From positions 114,475 through 178,474 of the forward strand of contig URGQ01000002.1 in the NCBI GenBank assembly GCA_900547385.1: a stretch of 64,000 nt of DNA, given 5' to 3'. Both the position numbers and the translations under genes were made by a program. The DNA is from an uncultured Oscillospiraceae bacterium. Lineage in GTDB: Bacteria; Bacillota; Clostridia; Oscillospirales; Ruminococcaceae. This document shows, one piece after another, positions 21,814 through 31,998 of the stretch (position 1 is the stretch's first letter; the number at the start of each line of letters is the position of its first letter). Below the pieces are notes generated by a model. The model ran no database searches. It was not told where the DNA came from and was given only the letters and a program-made list of their open reading frames with translations.

Positions 21814-22687
21814 GCGTTATCCTACCTATTGCAGCATGATAGAAACCACCCTGCCGCAATATTTACCCTCGGTGGAGTTGCCGCAGGGTAAGGTGAGCGA
21901 AGCAATGGCATACAGCCTTTTGGGTGGTGGCAAGCGCGTTCGCGGTTGTCTTACCCTGGCGATGTGTGAGCTGTGCGGTGGCGATGTGGAAGCTGCTCTG
22001 CCACTGGCCTGTGCCGTAGAGATGATTCATGCCTATTCGCTCATCCACGATGACTTGCCCTGCATGGATAATGATGATTTGCGCCGCGGCAAGTCCTCCT
22101 GCCATGTTCAGTTTGGGGAAGGCATCGCTCTTTTGGCCGGGGATGCCCTGTTGACCCACGCTTTTTCGGCAGTGTCCTCCGCCTATTTCAGCGGCAGCCT
22201 TCCGGCGGAAACTGTTCTGCGCTGTGTTAACCAGTTGGCATGTGCGGCTGGGGTAGAGGGTATGATCGGCGGCCAGGTGATAGATACCATGCCGGAGGAA
22301 GTGCCCATGACCCCAGAGGAGCTGGAAGCCATGCACGGCATGAAAACCGGAGCGCTTATTCGAGCTTCGGCAGTGCTGGGGTGCCTTGCCGCCTGTGCCC
22401 CGCGGGATGTCATCCTTCAGGCGGATCTATATGCAGCCAAAATTGGCCTCGCGTTCCAGATTGTCGATGATATATTGGATGTGACCGAAACCAGTGAGGA
22501 ATTGGGCAAATCCGCCAGCGATGCTGAAAATCACAAGACCACATATATCACCCTGTATGGCGTGGAAAAGGCCCGTGAAATGGTGCGTCGATTGGTGTTG
22601 GAGGCTGACCTAGCTGTAAAGGGCACCATGCTGGATGATGAAATGCTGTATGAGCTGGCTGATACCCTGGCTAAGCGCAATCACTAA
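21800..22687 (+). CDS. ispA: Farnesyl-diphosphate synthase / geranyltranstransferase
   Basis: Polyprenyl synthase aspartate-rich motifs (DDLPCMDNDDLRRG, second DDxxD). Confidence 0.85.
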   Translation: MTWNERYPTYCSMIETTLPQYLPSVELPQGKVSEAMAYSLLGGGKRVRGCLTLAMCELCGGDVEAALPLACAVEMIHAYSLIHDDLPCMDNDDLRRGKSSCHVQFGEGIALLAGDALLTHAFSAVSSAYFSGSLPAETVLRCVNQLACAAGVEGMIGGQVIDTMPEEVPMTPEELEAMHGMKTGALIRASAVLGCLAACAPRDVILQADLYAAKIGLAFQIVDDILDVTETSEELGKSASDAENHKTTYITLYGVEKAREMVRRLVLEADLAVKGTMLDDEMLYELADTLAKRNH

Positions 22688-22709
22688 AGAATAGGGGAGA
22701 ACCAGAACT

Positions 22710-23513
22710 ATGACAGAAAAGACAAGACTGGATGCTGCCTTGGTGGAACGCGGCCTTTGCACTGGCCGCGACCGTGCAAAAGGTATCATTATGGCGGGCC
22801 AGGTATATGTCAATAACCAAAAGGCGGATAAGCCCGGCATGACCATTTCCCCGGAGGATCAAATTGAAGTCCGGGGCGACCAGCTGGCCTATGCCAGCCG
22901 AGGCGGCTTAAAGCTGGAAAAGGCCATGAAGGAATTTGGCTTGCGGTTGGATGGCTGTATTTGTGCCGACATTGGCGCTTCCACCGGCGGCTTTACCGAT
23001 TGCATGCTGCAAAACGGCGCCGTCAAGGTCTATGCTATCGATGTCGGCTACGGACAGCTCGCATGGAAACTCCGCTGTGATGAACGAGTTATCAATTTGG
23101 AACGCACCAATATCCGCCATGTTACCGAAAAAGAGGTACCGGAGCTGCTGGATTTTGCTTCGGTTGATGTTTCCTTTATTTCGCTCAAGCTGGTGCTGCC
23201 GGTCCTGTATCGGTTGCTGAAAGAGGGCGGCGAAGCTGTTTGTCTCATCAAGCCCCAATTTGAAGCCGGCCGGGAACTGGTTGGGAAAAAGGGCGTGGTA
23301 CGGGAAGAGAGCACTCATGTGATGGTGGTGGAAAATGCTCTTTCCTTTGCAAAGGATAATGGCTTTACACCTATCCATCTCACCTTTTCTCCGGTCAAGG
23401 GCCCGGAGGGCAATATCGAATACCTTATGCATCTCAAAAAAGGTGAGTATGAGAGCGCCTTGCCCATACCGGCGGAAATCGTCCGCCTTTCTCACCAAAC
23501 ACTCAGCGAATAA
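22710..23513 (+). CDS. tlyA: TlyA family rRNA 2'-O-methyltransferase (hemolysin A-like)
   Basis: S4 domain plus FtsJ-like methyltransferase, 267 aa. Confidence 0.85.
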   Translation: MTEKTRLDAALVERGLCTGRDRAKGIIMAGQVYVNNQKADKPGMTISPEDQIEVRGDQLAYASRGGLKLEKAMKEFGLRLDGCICADIGASTGGFTDCMLQNGAVKVYAIDVGYGQLAWKLRCDERVINLERTNIRHVTEKEVPELLDFASVDVSFISLKLVLPVLYRLLKEGGEAVCLIKPQFEAGRELVGKKGVVREESTHVMVVENALSFAKDNGFTPIHLTFSPVKGPEGNIEYLMHLKKGEYESALPIPAEIVRLSHQTLSE

Positions 23514-23537
23514 CATACCGGAAAGGAGGACTGCCGG

Positions 23538-24383
23538 TTGGATTTCTTTCTCATTGCTAATTTTTCCAGGGAAAATGTCCCGACTGTCACCTGGGATGTT
23601 TGCCGGGAATTGGCTGCGCGTGGCTGCGGTGTTTTTGCGGTTCCTGTGCCGGGGGCGTTCTATCCGCCCAATGTGCAGGTGATCAATATGGAATCAACTT
23701 GCGCTCACACTGGCATGATCCTCTGTATCGGTGGGGATGGCACCATTATCGATGGGGCGCATTGCTCGGCGGCGTATGGGCTGCCGGTGCTGGGCATCAA
23801 CGCCGGCAGATTGGGTTTTTTGGCTCAGGTGGAACCGGAGGGTGCTGCCCATGCGTTTGACCGCATCTTAGCCGGGGAATACACAACTGAAGAACGCTTT
23901 GGTATCTCACTTACGCGTCAGGGAGAATCTGGTGAAGAACTTATGGTGTCCTTTGCCCTCAATGACATCGTGTTCACCAAGCCAGTCATGACGAATATTA
24001 TTGATCTTACCATCGACTGCGATGGCCGCCGCATGAATTCTTATTTGGCAGATGGATTGATTCTATCCACTCCAACCGGTTCTACCGCTTATTCGCTTTC
24101 GGCTGGAGGCCCGGTCATTGATCCCGGTCTTTCCACAATCTCTATTGTTCCCATTTGCCCGCACAGTGTTTCTGTTCGTCCCATTGTGGTTTCGGCAGGG
24201 CGCAGCGTCACCATTTGCAGCCATCAGTCTATGTGCGCTGTGGTGGATGGCCGAGAACGCATTGAATTGCTGCCGCAAACGGCTGTAACGGTGCGTAAAA
24301 GTGATAAGGCTGCGCGTTTTGTTTCTTTTGGGGAACACGAATTCTTCGAGATCCTGTCCCACAAATTGCTGCAAAGGGGTTAA
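23538..24383 (+). CDS. nadK: NAD kinase
   Basis: GGDGT motif ([12 protein letters not shown]) and NDIVF motif; TTG start after AAAGGAGG. Confidence 0.9.
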   Translation: MDFFLIANFSRENVPTVTWDVCRELAARGCGVFAVPVPGAFYPPNVQVINMESTCAHTGMILCIGGDGTIIDGAHCSAAYGLPVLGINAGRLGFLAQVEPEGAAHAFDRILAGEYTTEERFGISLTRQGESGEELMVSFALNDIVFTKPVMTNIIDLTIDCDGRRMNSYLADGLILSTPTGSTAYSLSAGGPVIDPGLSTISIVPICPHSVSVRPIVVSAGRSVTICSHQSMCAVVDGRERIELLPQTAVTVRKSDKAARFVSFGEHEFFEILSHKLLQRG

Positions 24384-24389
24384 TACAAT

Positions 24390-24857
24390 ATGAAAGCAAC
24401 ACGCCATGCCAAAATTCTGGAACTGATTCAGAATCACACTGTTACCACGCAGGAGGAACTGCAATCTCTTTTGGAGGCAAACGGCTTTTATGCTACCCAA
24501 GCTACCATTTCCCGCGATATCCGCGACCTTCGCCTGGTCAAGGTGCTTTCGCCCAGCGGCATTTACTACTATACGCAAAGCAATACCGCACCGGCTGATA
24601 CCCTGCAGCTTTCCGGTGATTCGGTCTTTATGCGCAGCATCCGTTCAGTGGATTGTGCCGGTAATATCGTTGTCATCAAGACACATTCCGCGATGGCTTC
24701 CGCTGTGTGCGAGGCAGTGGATAACAGCAATCGTCCGGAGATCCTTGGCACCATCGCAGGGGAGAACACTATCTTTGTTCTGCTTAAGACTGAGCATTTT
24801 GCCGATGAATTCTGCACCCATCTGCGGGAACTTATGAAAAAGAATCTTACCCGCTAA
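24390..24857 (+). CDS. argR: Arginine repressor
   Basis: ArgR winged-helix N-terminus (QEELQSLLEANGFYATQATISRDI) and C-terminal oligomerisation domain. Confidence 0.9.
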   Translation: MKATRHAKILELIQNHTVTTQEELQSLLEANGFYATQATISRDIRDLRLVKVLSPSGIYYYTQSNTAPADTLQLSGDSVFMRSIRSVDCAGNIVVIKTHSAMASAVCEAVDNSNRPEILGTIAGENTIFVLLKTEHFADEFCTHLRELMKKNLTR

Positions 24858-24894
24858 AAAACTGTCACAATGCCACTAGAGAAAGGAGCTCCCC

Positions 24895-26556
24895 ATGCTT
24901 TCTCAGCTTTACATCGAAAACATTGCCGTCATCCGTCAGGCCACCATTGATTTTCAGCAGGGCTTCCATGTCTTCACGGGCGAGACCGGTGCCGGTAAGA
25001 CCATCCTCATCAGTGCTATCAATGCCGTGCTGGGCGGACGGACCTTCAAGGAGATCATCCGCACCGGGGAGACCCGGGCCACTGTTTCCGCACTGTTTAC
25101 CGAAATTTCGGAAGAACTCTGCAAAAAGATTGAAGTACTTGGCTATCCATTGGAGGATAACCAGCTTTTAGTTCAGCGGGAGATCGACCTTTCCGGTAAG
25201 GGGCAGTGCCGTTTGGATGGCCGCCCGGCTACTGCCGCAATGCTGCGGGAAGTTTGCTCACTGCTCATTGATATCCATGGTCAGCATGATAATCAGGAGC
25301 TGCTCAGTGCCGAAAAGCACCTCGGCTTTTTGGATAGCTTCGGGGAATATCCGCAGGAGCTTGCGGCATATACCGCCGCCTATGGTAAAATGTGTGACTG
25401 CGCCGCCCGTCTGGACAAACTGCAGATGGATGAAAGCTATAAGCTGCAGCGCATGGATATTCTTCAGTTTCAAATTAAGGAGATCGGCGATGCCAAGCTG
25501 TCCGATGGGGAAGAGGAACGACTGGTTGAGCAGCAGAAGCGCATCCGCAATGCCGAGCGCATTACTGAATCGCTGGGGGCGGTTTACACCTTGCTTAATG
25601 GCAATGGAGAAGAAATGCGCGGTGTTTTGGAAGCATTGGAGGAGGTCTCTACCGAACTTGACACCGCGGCTAAGTACCTTACGGAGTTTGGGGGATACAG
25701 TGAAAAGCTCAGCGATGCCTACTATATGTTGGAGGAGCTGGGCAGCCGTGCCCGCGATACGCTGGAGGACGCTGATTTTGACCCACGCCAGCTGGATGCC
25801 ATCGAATCTCGCTTGGATACTATCTATAAGCTTAAGAAGAAATATGGCAATTCTATTGCGGAGATTTTGGAATACTTCGAGAGGATCAGTGAAGAATATC
25901 AATCGCTGGAGCTTAGTGATGAATTGACTGCCCATCTGCAGCGAGAGCTGGATGAAGCCAACTTGGTGCTGCACACTGTGGCAGAGGCCTTGACGGCTTG
26001 CCGTCTTGCTGCTGCTGCGGAGTTTTCCGAGCGAGTGGAACAGGAGCTGGCCTATCTCGATATGGCCGGTGTTCGATTTTCCATTACCCGCCGGGAAAAG
26101 CCCTATGGCCCCACTGGCGCTGATGAAATGGAATTCATGATCTGTACCAATACCGGTGAGGAAGCAAAGCCTTTGGCCAAGATCGCCTCCGGCGGCGAGT
26201 TGGCGCGTATTATGCTGGCCATCAAGAATGTACTGGCCGAAAAAGATGGCATTGGTACCATCATTTTTGATGAAGTGGATACCGGTGTTTCCGGTCGCGC
26301 TGCGCAAAAGATCGGTAAAAAGCTCGCCGAAGTCGCACGCCACCGTCAGGTCATCTGCGTTACGCATCTGGCGCCAGTCGCGGCCTGTGCCGCCCACCAC
26401 TACCGCATCTACAAGACGGTGGAAGATGGCCGCACCTTTACCCGTGTGGAGGAGCTGACCCGCCCGCAGCGGGTGCAGGAATTGGCCCGTATTATGGTGG
26501 GAGAGAATATCACCGATAGTGCCCTGAAGAGCGCTGAGGAGATGTTGGAGTCATAA
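24895..26556 (+). CDS. recN: DNA repair protein RecN
   Basis: SMC-like Walker A GETGAGKT, coiled coil, C-terminal signature and Walker B. Confidence 0.95.
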   Translation: MLSQLYIENIAVIRQATIDFQQGFHVFTGETGAGKTILISAINAVLGGRTFKEIIRTGETRATVSALFTEISEELCKKIEVLGYPLEDNQLLVQREIDLSGKGQCRLDGRPATAAMLREVCSLLIDIHGQHDNQELLSAEKHLGFLDSFGEYPQELAAYTAAYGKMCDCAARLDKLQMDESYKLQRMDILQFQIKEIGDAKLSDGEEERLVEQQKRIRNAERITESLGAVYTLLNGNGEEMRGVLEALEEVSTELDTAAKYLTEFGGYSEKLSDAYYMLEELGSRARDTLEDADFDPRQLDAIESRLDTIYKLKKKYGNSIAEILEYFERISEEYQSLELSDELTAHLQRELDEANLVLHTVAEALTACRLAAAAEFSERVEQELAYLDMAGVRFSITRREKPYGPTGADEMEFMICTNTGEEAKPLAKIASGGELARIMLAIKNVLAEKDGIGTIIFDEVDTGVSGRAAQKIGKKLAEVARHRQVICVTHLAPVAACAAHHYRIYKTVEDGRTFTRVEELTRPQRVQELARIMVGENITDSALKSAEEMLES

Positions 26557-26577
26557 TTCTATCTTGCTTATGTGATG

Positions 26578-26606
26578 CCGCCCTTGCCCGGGGCGGCTCG
26601 CTTTTT
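26578..26606 (+). terminator. recN terminator
   Basis: GCCGCCCTTGCCCGGGGCGGC followed by TCGCTTTTTG. Confidence 0.55.
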
Positions 26607-26799
26607 GCCGAAATAGGAAATAACATATCGATCCAGTTACAAAGGCTCCATAAAATCAATGGACAATTCCAAATGTATTGCGCAAAATGTTCGATGTCCT
26701 GCGTCAAATGCGGGATGTTACATTGAAAAATGCAGGGAGTTGTGGTATAGTATTTCTATTAATTTATAAAAATTCACCCCAAAGGAGGGAACCGATACG

Positions 26800-28119
26800 A
26801 TTCGATTCTTCTTTACGGCGCTGCTGTGCCGTGTATTAAGCGCTGTTGGCTCATTGCTGGGAGGCGGTACCGATCTTCCCGGGCGTATTGCTCTGCGTCT
26901 GCATCCCCATGTCATGAAAAAACTGCGCTTTTCCGGCCGAGTTATTTGTGTTACCGGCTCCAATGGAAAAACTACCACATCCAATCTCATTGCCCATGTG
27001 CTGCGCAAAAACGGCTTTACCGTTATCAATAACGCGAAGGGCTCGAATCTGACCGCCGGCGTAGCTACCACTCTGCTTTCCGCTTGTACACTGGGCGGTG
27101 TTGTTCGTGCCGACTATGTAGTGCTGGAGGTAGATGAGTGCTGGTCCCGCTTTATCTTCGCGGAGATTCCCGTGGATTATTACCTTGTGCTTAACCTCCT
27201 GCGGGATCAGGTGGTGCGTAACGGCAACCCGGATCTGGTATTTGAAAAGATTGCTGAAGCGATTGCCAAGCACCCAGATATGACTTTGATCCTCAATGCC
27301 AATGAGCCAATCAGTCAGAATCTTGCCGGGAACTATCATACCGTATATTTTGCTATGGATCGCACCGAGCGCTCCACCGATCACTGTGTCAGCGGCACCA
27401 ATGATTGCAAGATCTGTCCGCATTGTTTCCATCCGATGAATTATGAGTTTTACCATTACAATCATTTGGGTAAATTCCATTGCTCTCACTGCGATTACGG
27501 TTCCCATCAGCCGGATTTCTTTGGCACCGATGCCGACTTTGCAGGCAAGTGCATCACCATCAATGGTACGCCTGTTCATGTCACTTACAATACCACCTTC
27601 AATTTCTTTAATACCGTGGCAGCCGCTGCTGTTTGTTGCACTGCCTCCGGTATCAGCGTGGAACAGTTTGCGGCAGGCTGCGCCGATTTCCATGTGGCGA
27701 AGGAGCGGCTGGATGACTTCAAGTTTGACGGTCGCCGCACCGTACTGATGATGACCAAGCAAAACGCCGCATCTCTCGATCAATCCATCAGTTATGTGCT
27801 GGAGCAGCCGGGAGAGAAGAGCATTGCCTTGTATATCAATAATGTCATTTATATGGAATATAAGGATGTATCCTGGCTATATGATGTAGCATTTGAGCGC
27901 TTAATGGGTAAGGTGGAGAAAATCCTATGCACCGGCAACCGTGCGCTGGATGCTGCTGTATGTCTTAAAACAGCAGGATTTGATGATAACACCCTGTTGA
28001 TGGAGACCGATATGGCCAAAACAAAGGAAGCCTTCCGCAAGACCAAGGGCGACATCTATATTCTTGCCGCATCCGCCTTTGGCAACGAAGGTAAAATACT
28101 GGAGGAGCTGAAAAAATGA
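26800..28119 (+). CDS. murT: Lipid II isoglutaminyl synthase subunit MurT (Mur-ligase-like)
   Basis: GTDLPGRIA N-terminus, Mur ligase central domain GSNGKTTT, Cys4 ribbon (CKICPHC...CSHC), DUF1727 tail. The only plausible start after the strong AAAGGAGGG SD is ATT at 26800; the next in-frame TTG at 26854 has no SD. Confidence 0.8.
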   Translation: MRFFFTALLCRVLSAVGSLLGGGTDLPGRIALRLHPHVMKKLRFSGRVICVTGSNGKTTTSNLIAHVLRKNGFTVINNAKGSNLTAGVATTLLSACTLGGVVRADYVVLEVDECWSRFIFAEIPVDYYLVLNLLRDQVVRNGNPDLVFEKIAEAIAKHPDMTLILNANEPISQNLAGNYHTVYFAMDRTERSTDHCVSGTNDCKICPHCFHPMNYEFYHYNHLGKFHCSHCDYGSHQPDFFGTDADFAGKCITINGTPVHVTYNTTFNFFNTVAAAAVCCTASGISVEQFAAGCADFHVAKERLDDFKFDGRRTVLMMTKQNAASLDQSISYVLEQPGEKSIALYINNVIYMEYKDVSWLYDVAFERLMGKVEKILCTGNRALDAAVCLKTAGFDDNTLLMETDMAKTKEAFRKTKGDIYILAASAFGNEGKILEELKK

Positions 28120-28832
28120 AACACATCAGAATACTCCATCTTTACAGCAATGCACTTGATCTTTACGGTGACTACAAAAACCTGACGGTACTGCAGCGCC
28201 GCATTGCCGAAACCGGCAACACCTCTGATATCACTGAGATAAATTTGGATGAAGTTATCGACCCCACAGGCTATGACTTCGTTTATATTGGTCACGGTAA
28301 GGCTCGTAACCTTGCTGCCGTAGCACCGCACTTCGTGCAGTACGGCGACACGATCCGCACGGCCATTGAGGGTGGGCAGGTATGGTTTGTTACCGGCAAT
28401 GCCAGAGAACTGTTTGGTCAAAGATTTACCACTCCTACGGGGGAGACGATGCCTGGTATTGGTCTCTTTGATTACACTGGTGTAGAGACCGACAAGGTCT
28501 TTGTAAGCGATATGCTGGCGCAGCCTGCCTATGATGAAAACGCAAGGGTTTATGGCTTTATCAACCGCACTGCCTACCTGGTAGGGGAGAACCGCTACCC
28601 ACTGTTTACAGTGCTTTCCGGCTGTGGCGATGGCGAAACACCCGATGGGAAAGAGGGAACTCTATACCGCAATTTCTTTGCCACATGGGCCATGGGTCCT
28701 ATGTTGGCCCGCAATCCTTCCATGCTGCGGGAGCTATTGCACCGCCTGCTGGGAGAGGATTACCGTGAGTGCGATATGAGGCTGGAGGAAAAAGCGTTGG
28801 CGCTGGTTACGGCCGAATTTGATAAGAAATAA
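28116..28832 (+). CDS. gatD: Lipid II isoglutaminyl synthase glutaminase subunit GatD (CobB/CobQ-like amidotransferase)
   Basis: About 238 aa type-1 glutamine-amidotransferase-like protein. Its ATG overlaps the murT stop as ATGA. Confidence 0.85.
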   Translation: MKHIRILHLYSNALDLYGDYKNLTVLQRRIAETGNTSDITEINLDEVIDPTGYDFVYIGHGKARNLAAVAPHFVQYGDTIRTAIEGGQVWFVTGNARELFGQRFTTPTGETMPGIGLFDYTGVETDKVFVSDMLAQPAYDENARVYGFINRTAYLVGENRYPLFTVLSGCGDGETPDGKEGTLYRNFFATWAMGPMLARNPSMLRELLHRLLGEDYRECDMRLEEKALALVTAEFDKK

Positions 28833-28845
28833 AGGAGGACACAGC

Positions 28846-30306
28846 ATGAACGATAATCGGAGCGGTGGGGAAGGCCTGCAAAGAAAGCTCTCTCCACTGA
28901 ATGTATGGGCACTAGCCCTAGGCAGCATTATCGGGTGGGGTGCGTTTGTTATGCCCGCCAATACCTTTTTACCCAATGCCGGGCCGCTGGGTACTCTTAT
29001 TGCTATGGCTGCGGGCGCCATCATTATGGTCGTTATTGCCCTCAATTACAGCTATATGATCAACCATTTCCCGGTAGCGGGTGGCGAATTCACCTTTACC
29101 AATGCCTCGTTTGGGCCCACCTGCGGTTTTTTATGCGCGTGGTTCCTGGGCCTCTCCTATCTTGCCATCGTGCCCTTGAATGCTACTGCTTTGGCGCTCA
29201 TCGGCCGTAATCTCTTCCCAAATCTGACCCAGTGGGGCTATCTCTATTCGGTGGAAGGTTACAGCATTTACGCTGGTGAAATTCTGCTGGCCATCATTGC
29301 GCTGGTGCTTTTTGCGGTATTCAGCATCCGGGGTGTCAGCGTGGCTGGCAAGTTCCAGACTGTCCTGGCGCTTTCTCTGGTTGGCTGTGTGTTCCTGCTG
29401 GCGATTGCTGCGCTGTTCAGCCCGCATGCTTCCGCTTCCCATTTGGCGCCCGCATTTACCACAGATGCCACCGGTAAGTCTTCGTTGGGCGGTATCCTTG
29501 CTGTGGTAGCGGTCGCGCCTTGGGCATTTGTCGGGTTCGATTCCATTCCTCAGGCTTCGGAGGAGTTCAATTTCTCCCATAAAAAGAGCCTTGTTATTAT
29601 GGTTCTTTCCATCCTGTTCGGCGGCGCTCTGTATGTCATTCTCAATACCATCACGGCCGCAGTCCTGCCCGAAGGCTATACCAGTTGGGTGCCTTATATT
29701 GCCGATTGCGCCAAAGATACCCTACCCGAAAGCCTTGCCGGCTTTACGGCGCTCCCCACCTTTAATGCGGCCCGTCTGATCCTCGGCAAGCCCGGTCTGG
29801 TTATTTTGGGCATTGCGCTGTTCTGCGCTGTACTTTCCGGCATCATTGGCTTTTATATGGCTACCAGCCGTCTTTTGTACTCCATGTCCAAGGACCATGT
29901 CCTCCCGGGCTGGTTTGGCCGCCTGCACCCCCGCTATAAAACCCCGATGAATGCCATCCTGTTCATCATGATCATTTCACTGTGCTGCCCATGGTTTGGC
30001 CGCACTGTGCTCAATTGGGTGGTAGATATGTCCTCCATCGGTGCCGCTATTGGATATGGTTTTACCTCGGCCGCCACTTTGGTACAGGTTCGCCGCAATA
30101 AGGATACCTCCGCATGGATGACCATAAATTCCATTTTGGGCGTCATTTTTTCGCTGTGCTTCATAGCACTGCTTATCGTCCCCAATCCTTGGGCATACCT
30201 GGGGCCGCAGTCCCGTATCGCGTTGGTTATTTGGACTGTCATGGGTGCTGCATTCTTCCTCTACACCCGGCGGAAGAAGGCAGCGGAGAAGGCCATCGAC
30301 GCTTGA
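28846..30306 (+). CDS. APC-superfamily amino-acid permease
   Basis: 12 predicted TM helices and an APC family profile; AAAGGAGG SD. Confidence 0.8.
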   Translation: MNDNRSGGEGLQRKLSPLNVWALALGSIIGWGAFVMPANTFLPNAGPLGTLIAMAAGAIIMVVIALNYSYMINHFPVAGGEFTFTNASFGPTCGFLCAWFLGLSYLAIVPLNATALALIGRNLFPNLTQWGYLYSVEGYSIYAGEILLAIIALVLFAVFSIRGVSVAGKFQTVLALSLVGCVFLLAIAALFSPHASASHLAPAFTTDATGKSSLGGILAVVAVAPWAFVGFDSIPQASEEFNFSHKKSLVIMVLSILFGGALYVILNTITAAVLPEGYTSWVPYIADCAKDTLPESLAGFTALPTFNAARLILGKPGLVILGIALFCAVLSGIIGFYMATSRLLYSMSKDHVLPGWFGRLHPRYKTPMNAILFIMIISLCCPWFGRTVLNWVVDMSSIGAAIGYGFTSAATLVQVRRNKDTSAWMTINSILGVIFSLCFIALLIVPNPWAYLGPQSRIALVIWTVMGAAFFLYTRRKKAAEKAIDA

Positions 30307-30620
30307 CATTGGCGGTAAGTTTGTTATAATAGATAAAAAATGAAACGCGAAGAAGGAAACCGAGTACCTCTTTTTTAGCCTTTTCAGAGAGCCGGCGGTT
30401 GGTGCAAGTCGGTAAGGAGGAAAGCAGGGAAATACATTCCGGAGCGGTGGCCTGAACAGACGACAGTAGGGCACGACGGGGTGCGACCGTTACATCGCAG
30501 AGGTCTTTCCATAGGACCTATCAAGGGGCTTCCGGTAACGGCAGCCCGAACCAGAGGTGGTACCACGAAGTCCATTCGTCCTCTGTCCGTATTGTAACGG
30601 ACAGAGGATTTTTATTTTAT
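30303..30620 (+). promoter_or_regulatory. Sigma-A promoter plus T-box riboswitch leader controlling tyrS
   Basis: TTGACA-N16-TATAAT at 30303-30330. T-box sequence AACCAGAGGTGGTACCACG at 30549-30567. A terminator hairpin (CCTCTGTCCGT ... ACGGACAGAGG plus a T-run) at 30579-30620. A UAC tyrosine codon candidate lies in the specifier region (GAGUACCUC). Confidence 0.8.
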
Positions 30621-30648
30621 TAGGGAAAAAGAAAAAAGGAGATAAACT

Positions 30649-31872
30649 ATGCAGATTTATGAAGAGCTGGTTGCCCGCGGACTTATTGCGCAGGTTACCA
30701 ATGAAGAAGAAATCAAAAAAATGATCAATGAGGGCAAGGCAACTTTCTATATTGGCTTTGACTGCACAGCCGATAGCCTGACGGCCGGTCACTTTATGGC
30801 CCTGACGCTGATGAAGCGCCTGCAGATGGCAGGGAACCGCCCCATTGCCCTCATTGGCGGCGGCACCACTATGATCGGTGATCCCTCTGGTCGCACCGAT
30901 ATGCGCAAGATGCTCACCGCGGAGGACATCAACCACAATGCCGAATGCTTTAAGCGTCAGATGGAGCGCTTTATCGAATTTGGCCCGGATAAGGCCATCA
31001 TGCTCAATAACGCTGATTGGCTTCTCAAGCTCAACTATGTGGAGCTGCTGCGTGAGGTAGGCGCCTGCTTCAGTGTCAATAATATGCTGCGCGCTAAGTG
31101 CTACGAGCAGCGCATGGAAAAGGGCCTTTCCTTCCTTGAGTTCAACTACATGATTATGCAGTCTTATGATTTCTACTACATGTTCCAGCATAATGGCTGC
31201 AATATGCAGTTTGGCGGCGATGACCAGTGGAGCAACATGTTGGGCGGCACCGAGCTGATCCGCCGCAAGCTGGGCAAGGACGCCCATGCAATGACCATCA
31301 CTTTGCTTACCGATTCTCAGGGCCACAAGATGGGAAAAACTGCCGGCAACGCCGTTTGGCTTGATCCCAATAAGACCAGCCCCTTCGATTTCTACCAGTA
31401 TTGGCGCAATGTTGGCGACAGCGATGTGCTCAAGTGCATTCGCATGCTTACTTTCCTGCCGCTGGAGCAGATTGACGAAATGGATAAGTGGGAGGGCAGC
31501 GAGCTGAACCGTGCCAAGGAGATCCTGGCCTACGAGTTGACCAAGATGGTACACGGTGAGGAAGAGGCGGAAAAAGCGCAGGCCGCAGCCAGACAGCTCT
31601 TTAGCGGCGCGGGTGATAGCGCCAACATGCCTACCACCTCCCTTACCGCTGCTGACATCACCGATGGAGCCATTACGCTGGCGGATCTGATGGTCAAGGT
31701 GGGGCTTGCCCCCTCCAAGGGCGAGGTCAGACGGCTGGTACAGCAGGGCGGTGTCGCTGTCAATGATGTAAAGGTAGATAACTTTGCAGAAAGCTACGAT
31801 GAAGCGGCGCTCCGTGCCGGCCTTATCATCAAGAAGGGCAAAAAGGTCTTCCATAAGGTCGTGCTGGAATAA
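30649..31872 (+). CDS. tyrS: Tyrosine--tRNA ligase
   Basis: HIGH-type motif (TAGHF), KMSKS-type motif (KMGKT), C-terminal S4 domain. Confidence 0.95.
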   Translation: MQIYEELVARGLIAQVTNEEEIKKMINEGKATFYIGFDCTADSLTAGHFMALTLMKRLQMAGNRPIALIGGGTTMIGDPSGRTDMRKMLTAEDINHNAECFKRQMERFIEFGPDKAIMLNNADWLLKLNYVELLREVGACFSVNNMLRAKCYEQRMEKGLSFLEFNYMIMQSYDFYYMFQHNGCNMQFGGDDQWSNMLGGTELIRRKLGKDAHAMTITLLTDSQGHKMGKTAGNAVWLDPNKTSPFDFYQYWRNVGDSDVLKCIRMLTFLPLEQIDEMDKWEGSELNRAKEILAYELTKMVHGEEEAEKAQAAARQLFSGAGDSANMPTTSLTAADITDGAITLADLMVKVGLAPSKGEVRRLVQQGGVAVNDVKVDNFAESYDEAALRAGLIIKKGKKVFHKVVLE

Positions 31873-31936
31873 TGCAGAATGACACAAAATGTTTCACGTG
31901 AAACATTTGTTCTTAATTAACTGATCCACAACCAAG

Positions 31937-31978
31937 AAAAGCTCCCCTTCCAAATGAGTGGAAAGGGAGCTTTTTTAT
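31937..31978. terminator. Bidirectional GC-rich terminator between tyrS and the convergent reductase gene
   Basis: AAAAGCTCCCCTT-ccaaatgagtgg-AAAGGGAGCTTTTTT. Confidence 0.6.
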
Positions 31979-31998
31979 GAGGAGAAGCGGTAATCTGA

